From the human T2T-CHM13v2.0 reference genome, Homo sapiens: a stretch of DNA of 64,000 nucleotides. The stretch is from the NCBI RefSeq assembly GCF_009914755.1, contig NC_060936.1. The stretch is one strand, 5' to 3'. The translations under genes and the position numbers were made by a program. Positions 27,839-42,240 of this stretch are shown piece after piece; the stretch's first letter is position 1; the number at the start of each line of letters is the position of its first letter. The notes below the pieces were generated by a model. The model made no database searches and was not told the origin of the DNA. It was given only the letters and a program-made list of their open reading frames with translations.

Positions 27839-30800
27839 AAGAGACACACTTAACACATAAGGATTCTTATAGACTCAAGGTAAAGGGGTGGAAAAATATA
27901 TTCCAAACAAATGGAAACCAAGAGTGAGCAGTAGTTATTCTTACATCAGATAAAACAGACTTTAAAGCAACAAGAGTAAAACAAAACAAAAAAACGAAGA
28001 TCGTTATATAATAATAAAAGAATCAATCCAACAAGAATATATCACACTTCTAAATATATATACACCTAACTCTGCAGCTTGCAGACTCATAAAACTATTA
28101 CTGCTAGATCTAAAGAAAGAGATAGACAGCAACACAATAATAGGGGACTTTAATATGCCATTGACAGGACAAGACAGATAACTGAAGCAGAAAGAAAAAA
28201 AACCCCACTGGACTTAAACTGCACTCTAGAACAAATTGACTGAACAGATATTTACAGAATATTCTTGAGTAGAATGTGACAGAAGATTCTACCCAAGAGC
28301 TGCAGAAAAGACATTCTTCTCATCAGCACGTGGAACAATGTCCAAGATAGACCACATGATAGGCCACAAAACAAGTCTTAATAAATTTTAAAAATTCAAA
28401 ATCATATTAAGTATATTCTCAGACCACAATGGAATAAAACTATAAATCAATTCCAAAAGGAACCCTCAAAACTATACAAATACATGAAAATTAAACAATC
28501 TGCTCCTGAATGATTTTTGGGTTAACAATGAAATCAAAATGGAAATTAAAAAATTCTTTGCAATGCATAACAGTGACACAAGTTATCAAAACCTCTGGGA
28601 TATAGCAAAAGCAGTGCTAAGAGGAAAGTTTATAGTGTTAAAAGCCACATCAAAAAGTCTGAAAGATCACAAATTGACAACCTACCATCACACCTCAAGG
28701 AACCAGAGAAATAAGAACAAACCAAACCCAAAGCTAGCAAAGAAAAAGAAATAACAAAGACCAGAGCAGAACTAAATGAAATGGAAACAACAAATACAAA
28801 AGATCAATGAAACAAAAAGTCAGTTCTTTTAAAAGATAAACAAAATTGATAGACCATTAACAATGCTAACCAAGTAAAAAAGAGAGAAGGTTCAAATAAC
28901 CTGTTAGAAATGAAAATAGAGACATTACAACTGACAACACAGAAATACAAAAGATCATTTGAGAATAATATGAACACCTCGATGCACAAAACTAGACTAT
29001 CTAGAGGAAATGGATACATTTCTGGAAGCATACAACTCTCCTATCTTGCATCAGAAAGAAGTAGAAATCCTGAACAAACCAATAACAAGCAGTGAGATTA
29101 AATCAGTAATAAAAAAAAATGCCAACAAGGAAAAGCCCAGGGTCGGACAGCTTCACAGCTGAATTCTATCATACATTCAAAGGAACATTAGTACCAATCC
29201 TACTGAAACTATTCCAAAAGATTGAGAGAAGGAATCTTCCCTAATTCATTCCATGAAGCCAGTATTATCCCGATACCAAAGCCATGAAATAATATAACAA
29301 AAAAAGAAAACTACAGACCAATATCTCTGATGAACATAGATGCAAAAACCTTCAACAAAATACTAGTAAACTTAATCTGACAGCACATGAAAAAGATAAT
29401 TCACCATGATCAACTGGGTTTCATCCCAGGGATTCAGGGATGGTTTAACATAGTCAAGTGAATAAATGTTATTCATCACATAAACAGAATTAAAACAAAT
29501 GCCATATGATCATCTTAATGAATGTGAAAAAGCATTTAATAAAATCCAGCATCCCTTTATGATAAAAGCCATCAACAAACTAAGCATAGAAGGAAGATGC
29601 TTCAAAATAATAAAAGCTATATGTTACAAACCCACAGTCAACATCATAGTGAATGTGGAAAAGTAGAAAGCACTCCACCTAAGAATTGGAACAAGACAAG
29701 GATGCGCACTTCTACCACCTCTGTTTAGTATAGTAATGGAAGTCCTAGCTAGAGCAAGCAGGCAAGAGAAATAAAGGGTATCCAAATTGGAAAAGAGGAA
29801 GTCAAGCTATCTCTGTTTGCTGATGATATGATTACATACCTGGAAAACTCTCTATAAACTCTTCCAAAAGACTCCCAGATTTGATAAATGAATTCAGTAT
29901 TTATTTATTCCTTTTATTTATTCAAAATCAAAGTATACAAATCAACAGCACTGTTATACACCAACAATGACCAAGCTGAGAATCAAATCAAGAACTCTAT
30001 CTCTTTTACAACAGCTGCGAAAAAATAGTAAAATATCTAGGAATATACTTAACAAAAGAGATGAAATATCTCCACAAGGAGAACTACAAAACACTGCTGA
30101 AAGAAATCAAAGATGACACAAACAATGGAAATATATCCCATGGTTATGGATTGGAAGAATCCATACCATGAAAATAACCATACTGCCCAAAGCAATCTGC
30201 TGATTCAAATTCCTATTAAAATGTCAACATTATTTTTTCATTGAAATAGAAAAAAAATTCTAAAATTCATATAGAACCAAAAAATAGCCTGAATAGCCAA
30301 AGAAATCCTAAGAAAACAAAAAAATCTGGAGGCATTACATTACCTGACTTCAAATTATACAAGGAAGGCTACAGTAAGCACAACAGCATGATGCTGGTAT
30401 AAAAGTAGATATATACACCGATGGAAAAGAATAAAATCCCAGAAATAAAGCCAAATACTTACAACCAACTTATCCTTAACAAAGCATACAAAAACATAAA
30501 TTGAGAAAAGAATACCTGATTCAATAAATGGTGCTGGGAAGACTGAAAAGCCACATGTAGCAGAATAAAACTGGATCCGTATCTCTCACCATACACAAAA
30601 ACCAACTTGAGATAAAGTCTTAAATCTAATATCCCAAATTATAAAAAAATATAGAGGAAAAACTCTTCTGGACATTGGCTTAGGCAAAGAATTTATAAGT
30701 AATATATCAAAAGCAAATGTAATAACAAAAAAAGGGACCTAATTAAACTAAAAAGTTTCTGTGCAGCAAAAGAAATAATCATCAGAGTAAACAGACAACC

Positions 30801-31669
30801 CATAGAATAAGACAAAATATTTGAAAACTGTGCATCTGACAAAGGACTAATACTCGAAACCTACAAGGAACTTAAATTAGCAAGAAAAAAAATCCCATCA
30901 AAAAGTGGGCAAAGGACATGTATAGCTATCTCTCAAAAGAAGACATACAAATGGCCAACAAATATGCAAAAATGCTCAACATCACCAATCATCAGGGAAA
31001 TGCAAATTAAAACCACAGTGAGATACTACATTACCCCAGCCCGAATGGTCATTATTAAAAAGTCAAAAAATAATAGATATTAATGTGGATGTGGGGAAAA
31101 GGTAATGCTTATACACTGCTTACACTGCTGGTGGGAATGTAAATTAGTACAACCTCTGTGGAAAACAATATGGAGATTTCTCAAAGAACTAAAAGTTGGC
31201 CTAGCATTTGATTCAGCAAGCTCACTACTTTCCTTTCTCACTACTGGGTATCTACCCAAAGGAAAAGAAGTCATTATATAAAAAATGCACCTGTACATGT
31301 ACGTTTATCACAGTGCAATTCACAATTGTAAATGTATGGAATCAACATATGTGCCCATTAACTGATGAATGAATAAAGAAAATGTGGTATAGGTACACCA
31401 TGGAATACTACTCAGCCATAAAAAATGAAATAATGTCTTTTGCAGCAACTTGGATGAAGCTGGAGGCCATTTTTCTAAGTGAAACAACTTAGGAATGAAA
31501 ACCCAAATACAGCACGTTCTCACTTATAAGTGGAAGCTAAGCTATGGGTACACAAAGGCCCACAGAGTGTTACAATAGACATTGGAGACTCAGAAGGGAA
31601 AAGTGTGGAAGGTGGTGAGTGATAAAAAGCTACATATTGAGTACATTGTATACTACTTAGGTGATGGGT

Positions 31670-33516
31670 TGTATTAGTCCATTCTCATGCTGCTATGAAG
31701 AAACACCTGAGACGAGTTAATTTATAAAGAAAGAGGTTTAATTGACTCACAGTTATGCATGACTGAGGAGTCCTCAGGAAACTTACAATCATGGTGGAAG
31801 GCACCTCTTCACAGGGAAGCAGGAGAGAGAAGAATGAGCAAAGAGGGAAAAGCCCCTGTATAAAACCATCAGATCTCATGAGAACTCAATCACTATCATG
31901 AGAACAGCAGCATGAGGTAACCATCTTCATGATTCAATTACCTCCCACTGGGTCCCTCCCATGACATGTGAGGATTATCAGAACTACAATTCAAGATGAA
32001 ATTTGGGTGGGGACACAACCAAATCACATTATTCTGCTCCTGGCCCCTCCCAAATCTCATGTCCTCATATTTCAAAACACCATAGTGCCCTTCCAACAGT
32101 CCCCCAAAGTCTTAACTCATTGCAGCATTAACCCAGAAGTCCAACTCCAAGGTCTCATCTGAGACGAGGCAAGTCTCTTCTGCCTATGAGCCTGCAAAAT
32201 CAAAACCAAGTTAGTTACTTCCTAGATACAATGGGGATACAGGCATTGGGCAAATACACCCACTCCAAATGGGAGGAACTGGCCGTAACAAAGGGGCCAC
32301 AGGCCCCATGCAAGTCCAGAATCCAACTGGGCAGTCATTAAACCTTAAAGTTCCAAAATTCTCTCCTTTGATTCCATGACTCACATCCAAGACATGCTGA
32401 TGCAAGAGGTGGGCTTTTACAGCCTTGGGCAGCTCTGCCCCTGTGGCTTTGCAGGATACAGCCTCCCTACTGGCTGACTTCATGGGCTGGTGTTGAGTGT
32501 CTGCAGCTTTTCCAGGTACACAGTACAAGCTGTCAGTGGATCTACCATTCTGCGGTCTGGAGGACAATGGCCCTCTTCTCACAGCTTCACTAGGCAGTGC
32601 CCCAATGTGGGCACTCTGATCCCACATTTCCCTTCTGCACTGTTCTAGCAGAGGTTCTCCATGAGGGCTCTGCCCTTGCAGCAGACTTCTGCCTGGACAT
32701 CTGGGCATTCCATACATCCTCTGAAATCTAGGCAGAGGTTCCCAAACTTCAGTTCTTGTCTTCTGTGCACCTGCAGGCCCAACACCATGTGGAAGCTGCC
32801 AAGATTTTGGGCTTGCACCCTATGAAGCAATGGTCTGAGCTGTACCTTGGCCCCTTTTAGCCACAGCTGGAGTGGCTGAGACACAGGGCACCAAGTCCCA
32901 ATGCTGCATACAAAAGGGGGGCCCTGGACCTGGCCCAGGAAACCATTTCTCTATCCTAGGCCTCAGGGCCTGTCATGGGAGGGGCTGCCACAAAAGTCTC
33001 TGACATATCCTGGACAAAATTTCCACATTGTCTTGGTGATTAGCATTTGGCTCCTCATTACTTATGCAAATTTCTGCAGTGGGCTTGAATTTCCCCTCTA
33101 GCAAATGGGTTTTTCTTTTCTATGGCATCATCAGGCTACCTGTGGTCCCAGTTTACTGTGTTAGTTTGTTCTCATACTGCTATGGAGAAACACCAGAGAC
33201 TGGGTAATTTATAAAGAAAAGAGGTTTAGTTGACTCACAGTTCTGCCTGGCTGGGGAAGCCTCAGGAAACTTATAATCATGGTGGAAGGCACCTCTTCAC
33301 AGGGTAGCAGGAGAGAGAATGAGCAGAGAGGAAAAGAACCCTTACAAAACCATCAGATCTTGTAAGAACTCACTCACTATCATGAGAACAGCAGCATGGG
33401 GGTAATTGCTCCCGTGATTCAATTACCTCCCATTGGGTCCTTCCCATAACATGTTGGGATCATGGGAGCTACAATTCAAGATGAGATTTGTGTGGGGACA
33501 CAGCCAAACCATATCA
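31670..33516 (-). mobile_element. THE1D/MSTA MaLR provirus (LTR-internal-LTR)
   Basis: Two similar LTRs (31670-~32030 and 33157-33516), MaLR internal sequence with polypurine tract, TSD TGGGT on both sides. Confidence 0.93.
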
Positions 33517-33634
33517 TGGGTACACTAAAATTTCAGACTTCATCACTGTACAATTCATCCATGTAACCTAAAACTACTTGTACCCCTACAGCTACTAAAG
33601 TAAAAATAACCTAATACCAAACAATCAAACAAAA

Positions 33635-35117
33635 ACAACTCAAAATATGGGAGGAGGAGAAATAAGGTAAATGGTAGAGTTTTTTTCTTTTTTTGTCATC
33701 AAATTTAAATTGTCATCAGTTAAAATAACCTGCTACAACTATAGGATGTTTTTTGTGAGCCTCATGGTAACCACAGTGCAAAAATCTGTAATAGAGACAT
33801 AAAAATAAAAAGCAAGGAGTCAAAACACACCACTACAGAAAATCAACCGCAAAAGAAGAGAGTAAGAGAGGAAAAATGGAAGAAATAATCTACAAAACAA
33901 CTAGAAAATAATTATCTAAATGGTAATAGTAAGTTCTTACCTATCAATAATTAACTTGAATATAAATGGATTATGTCCCCCAATTAGAAGACACGCAGTG
34001 GCTGAATCGATTAAAAACCAAGGCCCAACTATATGTTGTCTACAAGAGACTCACTTCACCTGTAAGGACACAAATAGACTTAAAGTGAAGGAAACTGTGC
34101 ATCTGACAAGGGGTTAATATCCACAATATATAAGGAACTCACATAATTCAATAGCAAAATAATAATCTGATTAAAACATGGGTAAAAATACCTGAATAGA
34201 TATTTCTAAAAAAAATACATACAAATGGAAAAACAGATGTACGAAAATATGCTTAACATCACTGATCATCAAAGAAACACAAATCAAAACCACAATGCAA
34301 TATCTCCTCACCCCAACAAATTCTGGTGTGAATGTGGAAAAAGGGGAACCCTTATACACTGTTGGTGGGACTGTAAATTTGTACAGCCATTATGAAAAAC
34401 CATATAGTTCCTCAAATAATTAAAAATAGGACTACCATATGATCCAGCAATTTCACACTTGGCTATATATGCAAAAGAAAATAATTATGTCAAAGAGATA
34501 TATATATGCTCCTATGTTTATTGCAAACCCAGTCACAAATGTCAAGCTATGGAATCAACCTAAGTGTCCACCAACAGATTGAACAGATAAATAAAATGTG
34601 ACATAGATACATGAAGGAATACTCTTCAGCCATAAAAACAATGAAATCCTGTCATTTGCAGCAATTTGAATGAACCTGGAGGACATTATGTTAATTGAAA
34701 TAAGCTAGGCACAGAAAGACAAATGCCACATGATCTCACACATATGTGGAATCTAAAGAAGTTGATCTCATAGAAGTAGAGAATAGAATAGTGCTTGCCG
34801 GAAGCTGGGGAGGGTAGAGGGAGAAATAGGTCAATAGGCACAAAGTTACAGTTAGGCAAAATGATTAAGCTTCGGTGTTCTATTACACAATAAGGTGCTT
34901 ATAGTTAAAAATATTACATTGTATATTTCAACATATCTGGAGGAGAGGATCTTGAATGTTGTCACCACAAAGAAATGATAAATGTATAAGGTGATGGGAA
35001 TGCTATATGCCCTGATTTGGTTATTTCAAAATATATACATGTATCAAAACATCACACTGTATCCAGTAAGTATGTATAGTTGTAATCTATCAATTAAAAA
35101 ATAAGTAAAATAATAAG
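33635..35117 (+). mobile_element. L1MA6/7-like element, right part (ORF2 start fused to ORF2 end, then 3' UTR)
   Basis: EN start LSIINLNINGL..CCLQETH jumps at ~34091 to 'catctgacaaggggttaatatcc'; L1MA 3' UTR; TSD-like AAATTAAAAT at 20427-20436 and 35118-35127. Confidence 0.82.
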
Positions 35118-36067
35118 AAATTAAAATATTTCATCCATCATGAACATTACCAAGGAAGTAAAAAGACAATCCACAGAATGGCAGGACACATTTGTGAATC
35201 ATTTATCTCATAAAGGTCTAACATACAGAATATATAAAAACTCATAACTTGACAACAAAAGACAAACAACATAATATTGAAAATTGCAAAAGACTCAAAT
35301 AGATGTTTTTCCTAAGAAGATATGTAAATCAACAAGCAGAAGAAAAGATGATTGATATCATTAGTCAGTACGAAAATGCATATTGAAACCACAATGAGAT
35401 ACCAGTTCACACCTGCAAGGATAGCTATAAGCAAAAAAACAAATAAGAAATTGAAAATAAAAAGTGTTGGCCAGAATGTGGAGAAATTGAAACCCTTGTA
35501 CCTTGCTGGTGGTAATGTAGAATGATGTAGTCCCTATAAAAATGTTGGAGGTCCCTCAAAAAGTTAAACATAGAATTATCATATATCTTAGTCCATTTAG
35601 TGCTGCTATAATGGAATGCCCGAGGCTGGGTAATTTATGAAGAAAAGAGGTTTCTTTGGCTCATGGTTCTGCAGGCTGTACAAGAAGCATGGCACCAGCA
35701 GCTGCTTGGCTTCTGGTGAGGGCCTCAAGCTGCTTCTACTCATGGTGAAAAGTGAAGGGGAGCCAGGTGAAGGGGATGCAGAGATCACTGATAGGAAGCA
35801 AGAGACAGAAGGGGAGGTCTGAAACTCTTTTTAATAATCAGCTCTCATGGGAACCAACAGAGTGAGAACTCACTCCTCAGGGAGGGCATTAATATATTCA
35901 TGAGAAATTTGCTCCCATGGCCAAAACACCTTCCATTAAGCCCCACCTCCAACACTTGGGATCAAATTTCAACTGTAGGACATATGACCCAGCAATTCCA
36001 CTCACAGGTATATACCCCAAAGAATTGAACACAGGTATTCTAAGAAATACTTGTGTACACATGATAG
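35118..36067 (+). mobile_element. Outer L1MB-like host, continuation (interrupted by an MSTB LTR)
   Basis: 'aaaagacaatccacagaatgg' follows directly on the sequence left at 20436; 'catatgacccagcaattccactc'. Confidence 0.82.
35584..35975 (-). mobile_element. MSTB-like LTR
   Basis: 'ttctgcaggctgtacaagaagcatggcaccagca...ttctggtgagggcctca'. Confidence 0.88.
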
Positions 36068-38206
36068 TGATGGCAGCGGTGGCCTATCTGGAGCAGCCAC
36101 TGTGAAGACACCAGCTGCAGCCGGGGAGGTGCAGCTGGGGTTGCATGCTCTATGGAGCCAGTGGGAGCCAGGAACAGGTGGGAACCCCACCCCATTCCGA
36201 GTTGTTGGGGTGGGAGCCCCATGCTCCCAGGCACAGCTGCAGCTGCCCAGCCATGGTTGCAGACCAGGCTTTCCTTCACCCTCAGGGGCCTGGGAATCCC
36301 CCTTCCCCCACAGGCTCAGAAGTGCCTTCTCCTGCTGCCTGGCCTTTCCCTGTTCCTGGTGGCTGCTCTGATTTTGGAGCAAAGTGGAGGCCAAGCCTGC
36401 ATGCTGTCTCAACCTGACTGGGTGTGCATGTGCTCAGGGTGGCACTAAGATGTCATGACCCTGCCACCTTGGCCCCCTCCAGACTTTGGGTGCTGAAGAG
36501 CATGGGAGGGAGGCTGAGGGGGGTGCTGAGGGTGGCTTGGCATGAGCCTACAGCTGCCCATTGACACAAACAACCTGAGCACTGTGGACAATATGATTGA
36601 TGGCAGCAGGAGGCAGACACACTCCTGGGCAGGCAGAAAGGGGTGGGTTTCCAGTGAAGCCCCACCTTCAAGCCAGGGATGGCTGGAAGCATGGGGGCCA
36701 GGTGGAGTCCCACCAATTCCAGGTGTAATCAGTTCCAGGTGGTGTCTGCGGCCTGGAGTAAGAACTTATGATGCTTTTTGTGGGCCCGCCCATGGCCGTC
36801 CATGGACCAATCAGTACGCACTTCCTCCCTTCTGAGGCCCATACAAACCCTAGACTCAGCCAGATTCACAGAGACATCAAGACTACCAGCTGTGGGAAGG
36901 ACCTACCCACTTTGGTTCTCCTCAAATCATCAAGACAACCTGCCTGCAGAAAGGAGCTATCCACTCCAGGTCTCCTCTCCACTGATAGCTGGGCACCACT
37001 GAGAGTTGATCTGCCTACAGAAAGAAGCTACCCACCGTGGGTCTTCTCTCCGCTGACAGCTGGACACTCATCAGGGAGACCTGCCTGCAGAAAGAAGGGC
37101 TACTCCCTCTGGGTCTCCTGAAAGCTGTTCTGTAGCTCATTGAAGCTCTTTTCCACCTTGCTCACCTTCCTGTTGTCTGCGTACCTCATTGTATTAGTCT
37201 GTTTTCATGCTGCTGATAAATACCTACCTGAGACTAGGAAGGAAAGGAGGTTTAATTGGACTTATAGTTCCACATGGCTGGGGAGGCCTCAGAATCATGG
37301 AGGTAGGCAAAATGCACTTCTTACATGGCGGCAGCAAGAGAAAAATGAGGAGGAAGAAAAAGCAGAAATCCCTGATAAACCCATCATATCTCATGAGACT
37401 TATTCACTATCATGAGAATAGCACAGGAAAGACTGGCTCCCATGATTCAAGTACCTCCCCCTGGGTCCCTCCCACAACACTTGGGAATTCTGGGAGATAC
37501 AATTCAAGTTGAGATTTGAATGGGGACACAGCCAAACCATATCACTCAATCTTCCTGGACATGGGAAAAGACCTTGGAACCTGCTGAATGGCACAATCGA
37601 AAGAGTTGTAACACCATCAGGGCTGAAACATGCTCCCTGCTCGTCATGTTGCAGGCAACAAGAAGGAGAGAAGATCTGTGGCTGGTGGCACTTTTGCCCG
37701 ACTATTGCTCAGGCCCACTGAGCTCATTCTGCCCACTCAACCAGCAGGCTGCACTCTGAGCACAGAGCTCAGACCTAGGGACTCTCCAAGCCAGGGCTGT
37801 GATACCCTTTTTGGGGTTCTGCAGTTCCTGGCATCTCCAAGCCTCTGGGTGCCACCATGTTCCCTGGTGCCCACAGTGGAAGCTGCTTGCAATATGCCTG
37901 GCCCAGCTGCAGCCTTGAATGAAGCTGCTGCTTGTGCTGGCACCTGGAGCTTCCCACTCTGCCACAGCTGGCCTGCCTGGCTGTGCACAGTGGCTGGGCC
38001 CCATGCTCACTCACACACCCCTTACTGCTCTGCACTTGATGCACCCTTGGCAGGCATGGGATCTGAGCTGGTAGCACTCCCAAGTGCAGCCTGCTGGGCT
38101 GAATGGGCAGAATGAGCCCAGCAGGCCTGAGCAAAACTCAGGCAAAGGCACCACCAGCCACAAAGGTTTCAGGCTGGAAAAATGACACCCCAAAGATCCT
38201 ATGACA
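36068..38206 (+). mobile_element. MER52-family ERV1 solo LTR, complete
   Basis: TGATGGCAGCGG...TGACA termini; 4-bp TSD ATAG at 36064-36067 and 38207-38210. Confidence 0.92.
37190..37544 (-). mobile_element. THE1 solo LTR nested in MER52
   Basis: 'tgtattagtctgttttcatgctgctgataaa...ggggacacagccaaaccatatca'; TSD CTCAT/CTCAA. Confidence 0.93.
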
Positions 38207-38234
38207 ATAGCAGCACAATAATGAAAATACTAGG

Positions 38235-38325
38235 CCATTTTATATAAACTGCTTGAGCATTCATAGATTTGGGTATTTGCAGAGGGTCCTGGAACCAATC
38301 CCTTGTGGATACTGAGGGACAAGTC
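38235..38325. mobile_element. MER2 (TcMar-Tigger) terminal fragment
   Basis: 'gggtcctggaaccaatcccttgtggatactgagggac'. Confidence 0.75.
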
Positions 38326-38329
38326 TACT

Positions 38330-38440
38330 GAGGAACTAGAGAGAGGTGGTGGTCGCACAACATGTGAATGCACTAAGTGTCATTGAATTGTTCACTTTAA
38401 AGTGGTTAATTTTATGTTACATAAATTTTAGCTAAAAAAA
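38330..38440 (+). mobile_element. 3' terminus of the outer L1MB
   Basis: 'gcacaacatgtgaatgcactaagtgtcattgaattgttcactttaaagtggttaattttatgtta'. Confidence 0.8.
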
Positions 38441-38999
38441 ATGGAGAAAAAGAAATCATAGGTGCTGACATAGGAGCCTGAGGGAAAATAGGAAAGTTTA
38501 AGTTTGAGCAATTTCAGTTTTCTGTCAGGAGTAAATTAAAAATAATCTAAAGCGAGTTGCCTAAAAACTCAGGGAGACTCTCTTCCTCTGGATGGCAAGC
38601 AGGAGAAATGAGATATGAAGAATGTGAAATGGAAGCTCTGACTAAATGTTAATAACCCACAGGCAGTGTGAAAAAAGCAATATTGCATAAAATCTGAAAA
38701 TCAATTTTAATCTTGAAAAATAATAAATAGTGGTTCCAATTCCTGTTATTCTTCTAAAATGTAGGTTTAAGCATTAAGACTGAGGCAATAAGAAATATGG
38801 GTTTAGGAACAAATATGTACATTTAACATAAAGAATTATTTGAGTCCAGGGACCTATTTACGAGAGAGATGTGAATGTATTTGATCAAAAGCCTTCTAAT
38901 CTAGTGCTTCATTCGCCAATGCCCTGAAACACAGCTTGATGGATGTTTATATTACCTCTGCATCCTTCAATGTAAAGTCCATCTTGTGCATGTGATGTT

Positions 39000-39230
39000 A
39001 ATAACAGTAGCATTTACTGAGCACCTGCTGTGTGACGGTCCTTCTGCTAAGGGGTCTTAATGGAGTATTTTATTTAATGCTTACCCCGTGAAGCTGGTAC
39101 CACTGTCATGTGCTTTTTACCCATGTAGAAACTGAGGCCACAGAGAGTTTACAGAGTTGGCCACACATCCAGCAAGGGGTGGATCCAGGATTCCCACACA
39201 AGTCTGTTCCAGTCTAAGCTGGGACATTCA
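39000..39230 (-). mobile_element. MIR
   Basis: 'catttactgagcacctgctgtgtg', 'agaaactgaggccacagagag'. Confidence 0.75.
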
Positions 39231-40109
39231 CACCCAGGACCCAGCATGGTGTGGTGGAGCACAATAAACCGTGGGTATGAAAAATAATAACTACATGGTA
39301 TAGGGTGTACAGTTTAAGTTCAGTTCCTTTAGACATCACTGGAATTGTTCAGCATTGTAAGAGATAACTGGTTTTTTGTTTTTCTTTTCTGTTGAGCAGC
39401 AGATGAAATGAATGCCTTGTTTGTAGGATTCTCGAATGAAAAATGTAATTTTAAACACTGGGATCACCCTGAGGATGGTGAGCTGTTCACATACAGGAGA
39501 GATTGATGAGGGGACAGCAGACTCCAACCCACAACTCCCTTGCAGTCAAGGTTTAGCTCCTTGACTGGAATTACCTAAATGGCTTTAAATTGCTCTTGCT
39601 CTCTCTCTGTTGGCTATATATATTTAAATTTTAAAAGCTAGATGAGTGGGCACCAGAGTCCCATTTTATGCCATATAATAACTTAGTAGAAGGCATTTTG
39701 GTCTATATCCACATGGTGAACCCCCCACATTGACTTGCTCTTCCCTCTACACACACTGACCACAGCCCGAGGGTGTGGACCACGTGTAGGTTGAGCCCCT
39801 CTCCAGTCCCCAGACATGTGTGCTCCTGCTGGGGGAAATGCTGACTGATCTGAAATCTGCTTGTGCCGGTTATATGTGTTATTGAGTTTAGGTACTTTTA
39901 CAAACCACCATAACCCACTGAGATAAAAGGACAAAATGGGTTATTTCTGCAAAACCTGAATTGCTAGTTTTAGAATTATTTAATAGAGTCATTAAAAATT
40001 AAACCATTATGAGTACATTGGGATCAAAGAACTATGAAGTATTTAGTAGAAGTCTGAAGGATTTTGTACTCAAATTGTAAATTTTGGTACTCAAATATCC
40101 ATTATGTAA

Positions 40110-40230
40110 TTGGTGGTGGGTATCCCAATTATACATACAAATTGTATGAATGTATTAAATTACCACAGGTACCCTGGAAATATGTACATCTATTATGTAT
40201 CAATAAAATGTAAAATTTTAAAAAGGTAAA
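40110..40230 (+). mobile_element. L1MA 3' end fragment
   Basis: 'gtaccctggaaatatgtacatctattatgtatcaataaaa'. Confidence 0.7.
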
Positions 40231-42079
40231 ATAAAACTCTTATTCTTGGACATATTATGGGTGCAAGAGATGTAAGAGATAGGGGGCAGATCTCCAGCTA
40301 TCAAACCCACACTAAAAATATTAGCAAAAAAAGTGTACATTTATACGTTTTATGGTAAAATACAATTTTCAAGAATTATAGGTGTTTCCATGATTCTGAC
40401 TTTATTTGAGTTGGTCAGCCTACTCTAATGGGAAGATCCTAGGCATGAAAGGAAACAGAGCCTTACTTTGGGGACCAAGATTTTTCTCTTTCATGCTTTG
40501 ATGTCCAGGCTTGCCTGTTAGGAAGAATTTCCTCATTTCAGCCGCAGAGCTGAGGGATCCAGCCTCTTCCAGTTCACTCCTCTGATCTCTTGCCTACCCT
40601 GGGGGCACCCTCACTACTACTGCCCGCAGCTCCCTGGGGAGTGGGATCACAAGTGTTTGAATGAGCCGGGATTAAGAACTTTGATTTCTCTATCATCCCA
40701 ACAGCTCTGCCTTCACCTTCCCCTCTCCCTATCCCTGGCTTCCATCTTCATGGCTCTCACCTGCTTCTAAACTTACTTTCAATTCACCTGGGTGATGCTG
40801 TGACTTCGCCCTCTGTCCACTCCCTTCTCTTTCCCCAACCCTGCCCGTCCCATCCTCCATGTTCCTGAGACCTGTCTCCCTTTACCCAAACTTAGTGAGG
40901 GAGTGAGTGTGTGCATGGACAGATGAGGGGACCCTCCAGGAGTCCCTTAGCATCCAGCACCACCCCAGGTGTCCACTGCGGCTCAGTCCCAGCAGGCATC
41001 TCTTCCACCCACTGTCCGTGCTCTTCAAGTCTGATCCATTTATTGCACACAGAGGGGCTCCAGGTCCCTGGATACATCCTGCCAGAGCCAGCGTCCTTCC
41101 TGGAGACACACCAGCTAGAGGTCTCCAGTCATGCAGGAGACGCTAGAAGGCCATTCTGCTGTTCCTGCCGCCGGCTGTGGGGATGGACCCACTTCCATCA
41201 CCACAGCCCCTCCCACAATAGGCAGCAGCTGAGAGACCCAGCATGCCCAGCACCACTGGCCCCTATCTTCCTTCCTTCCCTGAATCACTGGGCTCATTTT
41301 TTGAGCGTAGGGAAATGATTTGCTATTTAAACACGGAAGAACATGTCCATCCTGCTTCAGGAAGGCAGACAGACAGACCCCAGTCCTGAGGCTTCCTCCC
41401 CACCCTGGGCACCTGCATCACCTCCAGCATCCGTGTTTGCTGAGGGGCAGGCCCCTTAAAAGTGTCATGCATGGAGAAGTCCAGCGTGGTAGCATGCACA
41501 GTGGATTCTGGTTAAATGCTGGGGCCAAGAACTCTGATCACGCTGGCAGAGAAGGGCACTGGCAAAGAATCCAGACTTTTGAAGAAGCCACATGCACAGA
41601 CACAGGTAGCAGCGCAGACTCAGATTCGTTTCCAGAATATACCTTCTGGGAGGAGCCCTGTCTGTGTTTGGGAGATGCCTGGGAGCATCCATGGACCAGA
41701 TCCGCTGGGGTCATGGTGTCTGGCTGGGATGGCCTTGGAAAGACATTTTAGAGTCTCATGTTGAAAGGGGGAGGGCATTGGGGAACCTTCTGGGCAGGTT
41801 TTTCAGTCTGCTGCCTTGGATTTGGGTATCATGTTGTGAAATGACTGGGATGGTCAGGAAAGCTCTCTGAGGAGGTGACATTCTGGCTGAGGCCTGGAAG
41901 GAGATGTGTGAGGAGAATATTCCAGACATGAGTTGGGGATGGGCCTGGTTGGTGTGAAGGAGGCATGTGCTGAGATGCACAGGAAGGGGCCTGGAGTCTT
42001 GTCAGAGTTCGGGCTCTGGGAGAAGCTGCCGTGGGCATTTTGTGGCCTCTGATGATCCCTGTGAGTGCCCTTCCTACAT

Positions 42080-42240
42080 GCACACGTCCCTCATGCTGCC
42101 TTGCACAGTTCCAAGGAGGAAACCAGACTCCATTTCCCAGCATCCCTTGCAGTCAGGCCCCTCATGTGACCCGAATCCCATCATGTGACCCAGGCTCAAC
42201 CAATCAGAAGTCTCCCTTGAGCCTCTGCTCAGGAAGAGGG
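42080..42240. mobile_element. Old ERVL-class LTR fragment (LTR16/33-like)
   Basis: 'catttcccagcatcccttgcag...catgtgacccaggctcaaccaatcaga'. Confidence 0.5.

Noticed and set aside
32211-32884. 168-aa and 79-aa ORFs
   Set aside because: Remnants of the MaLR internal region
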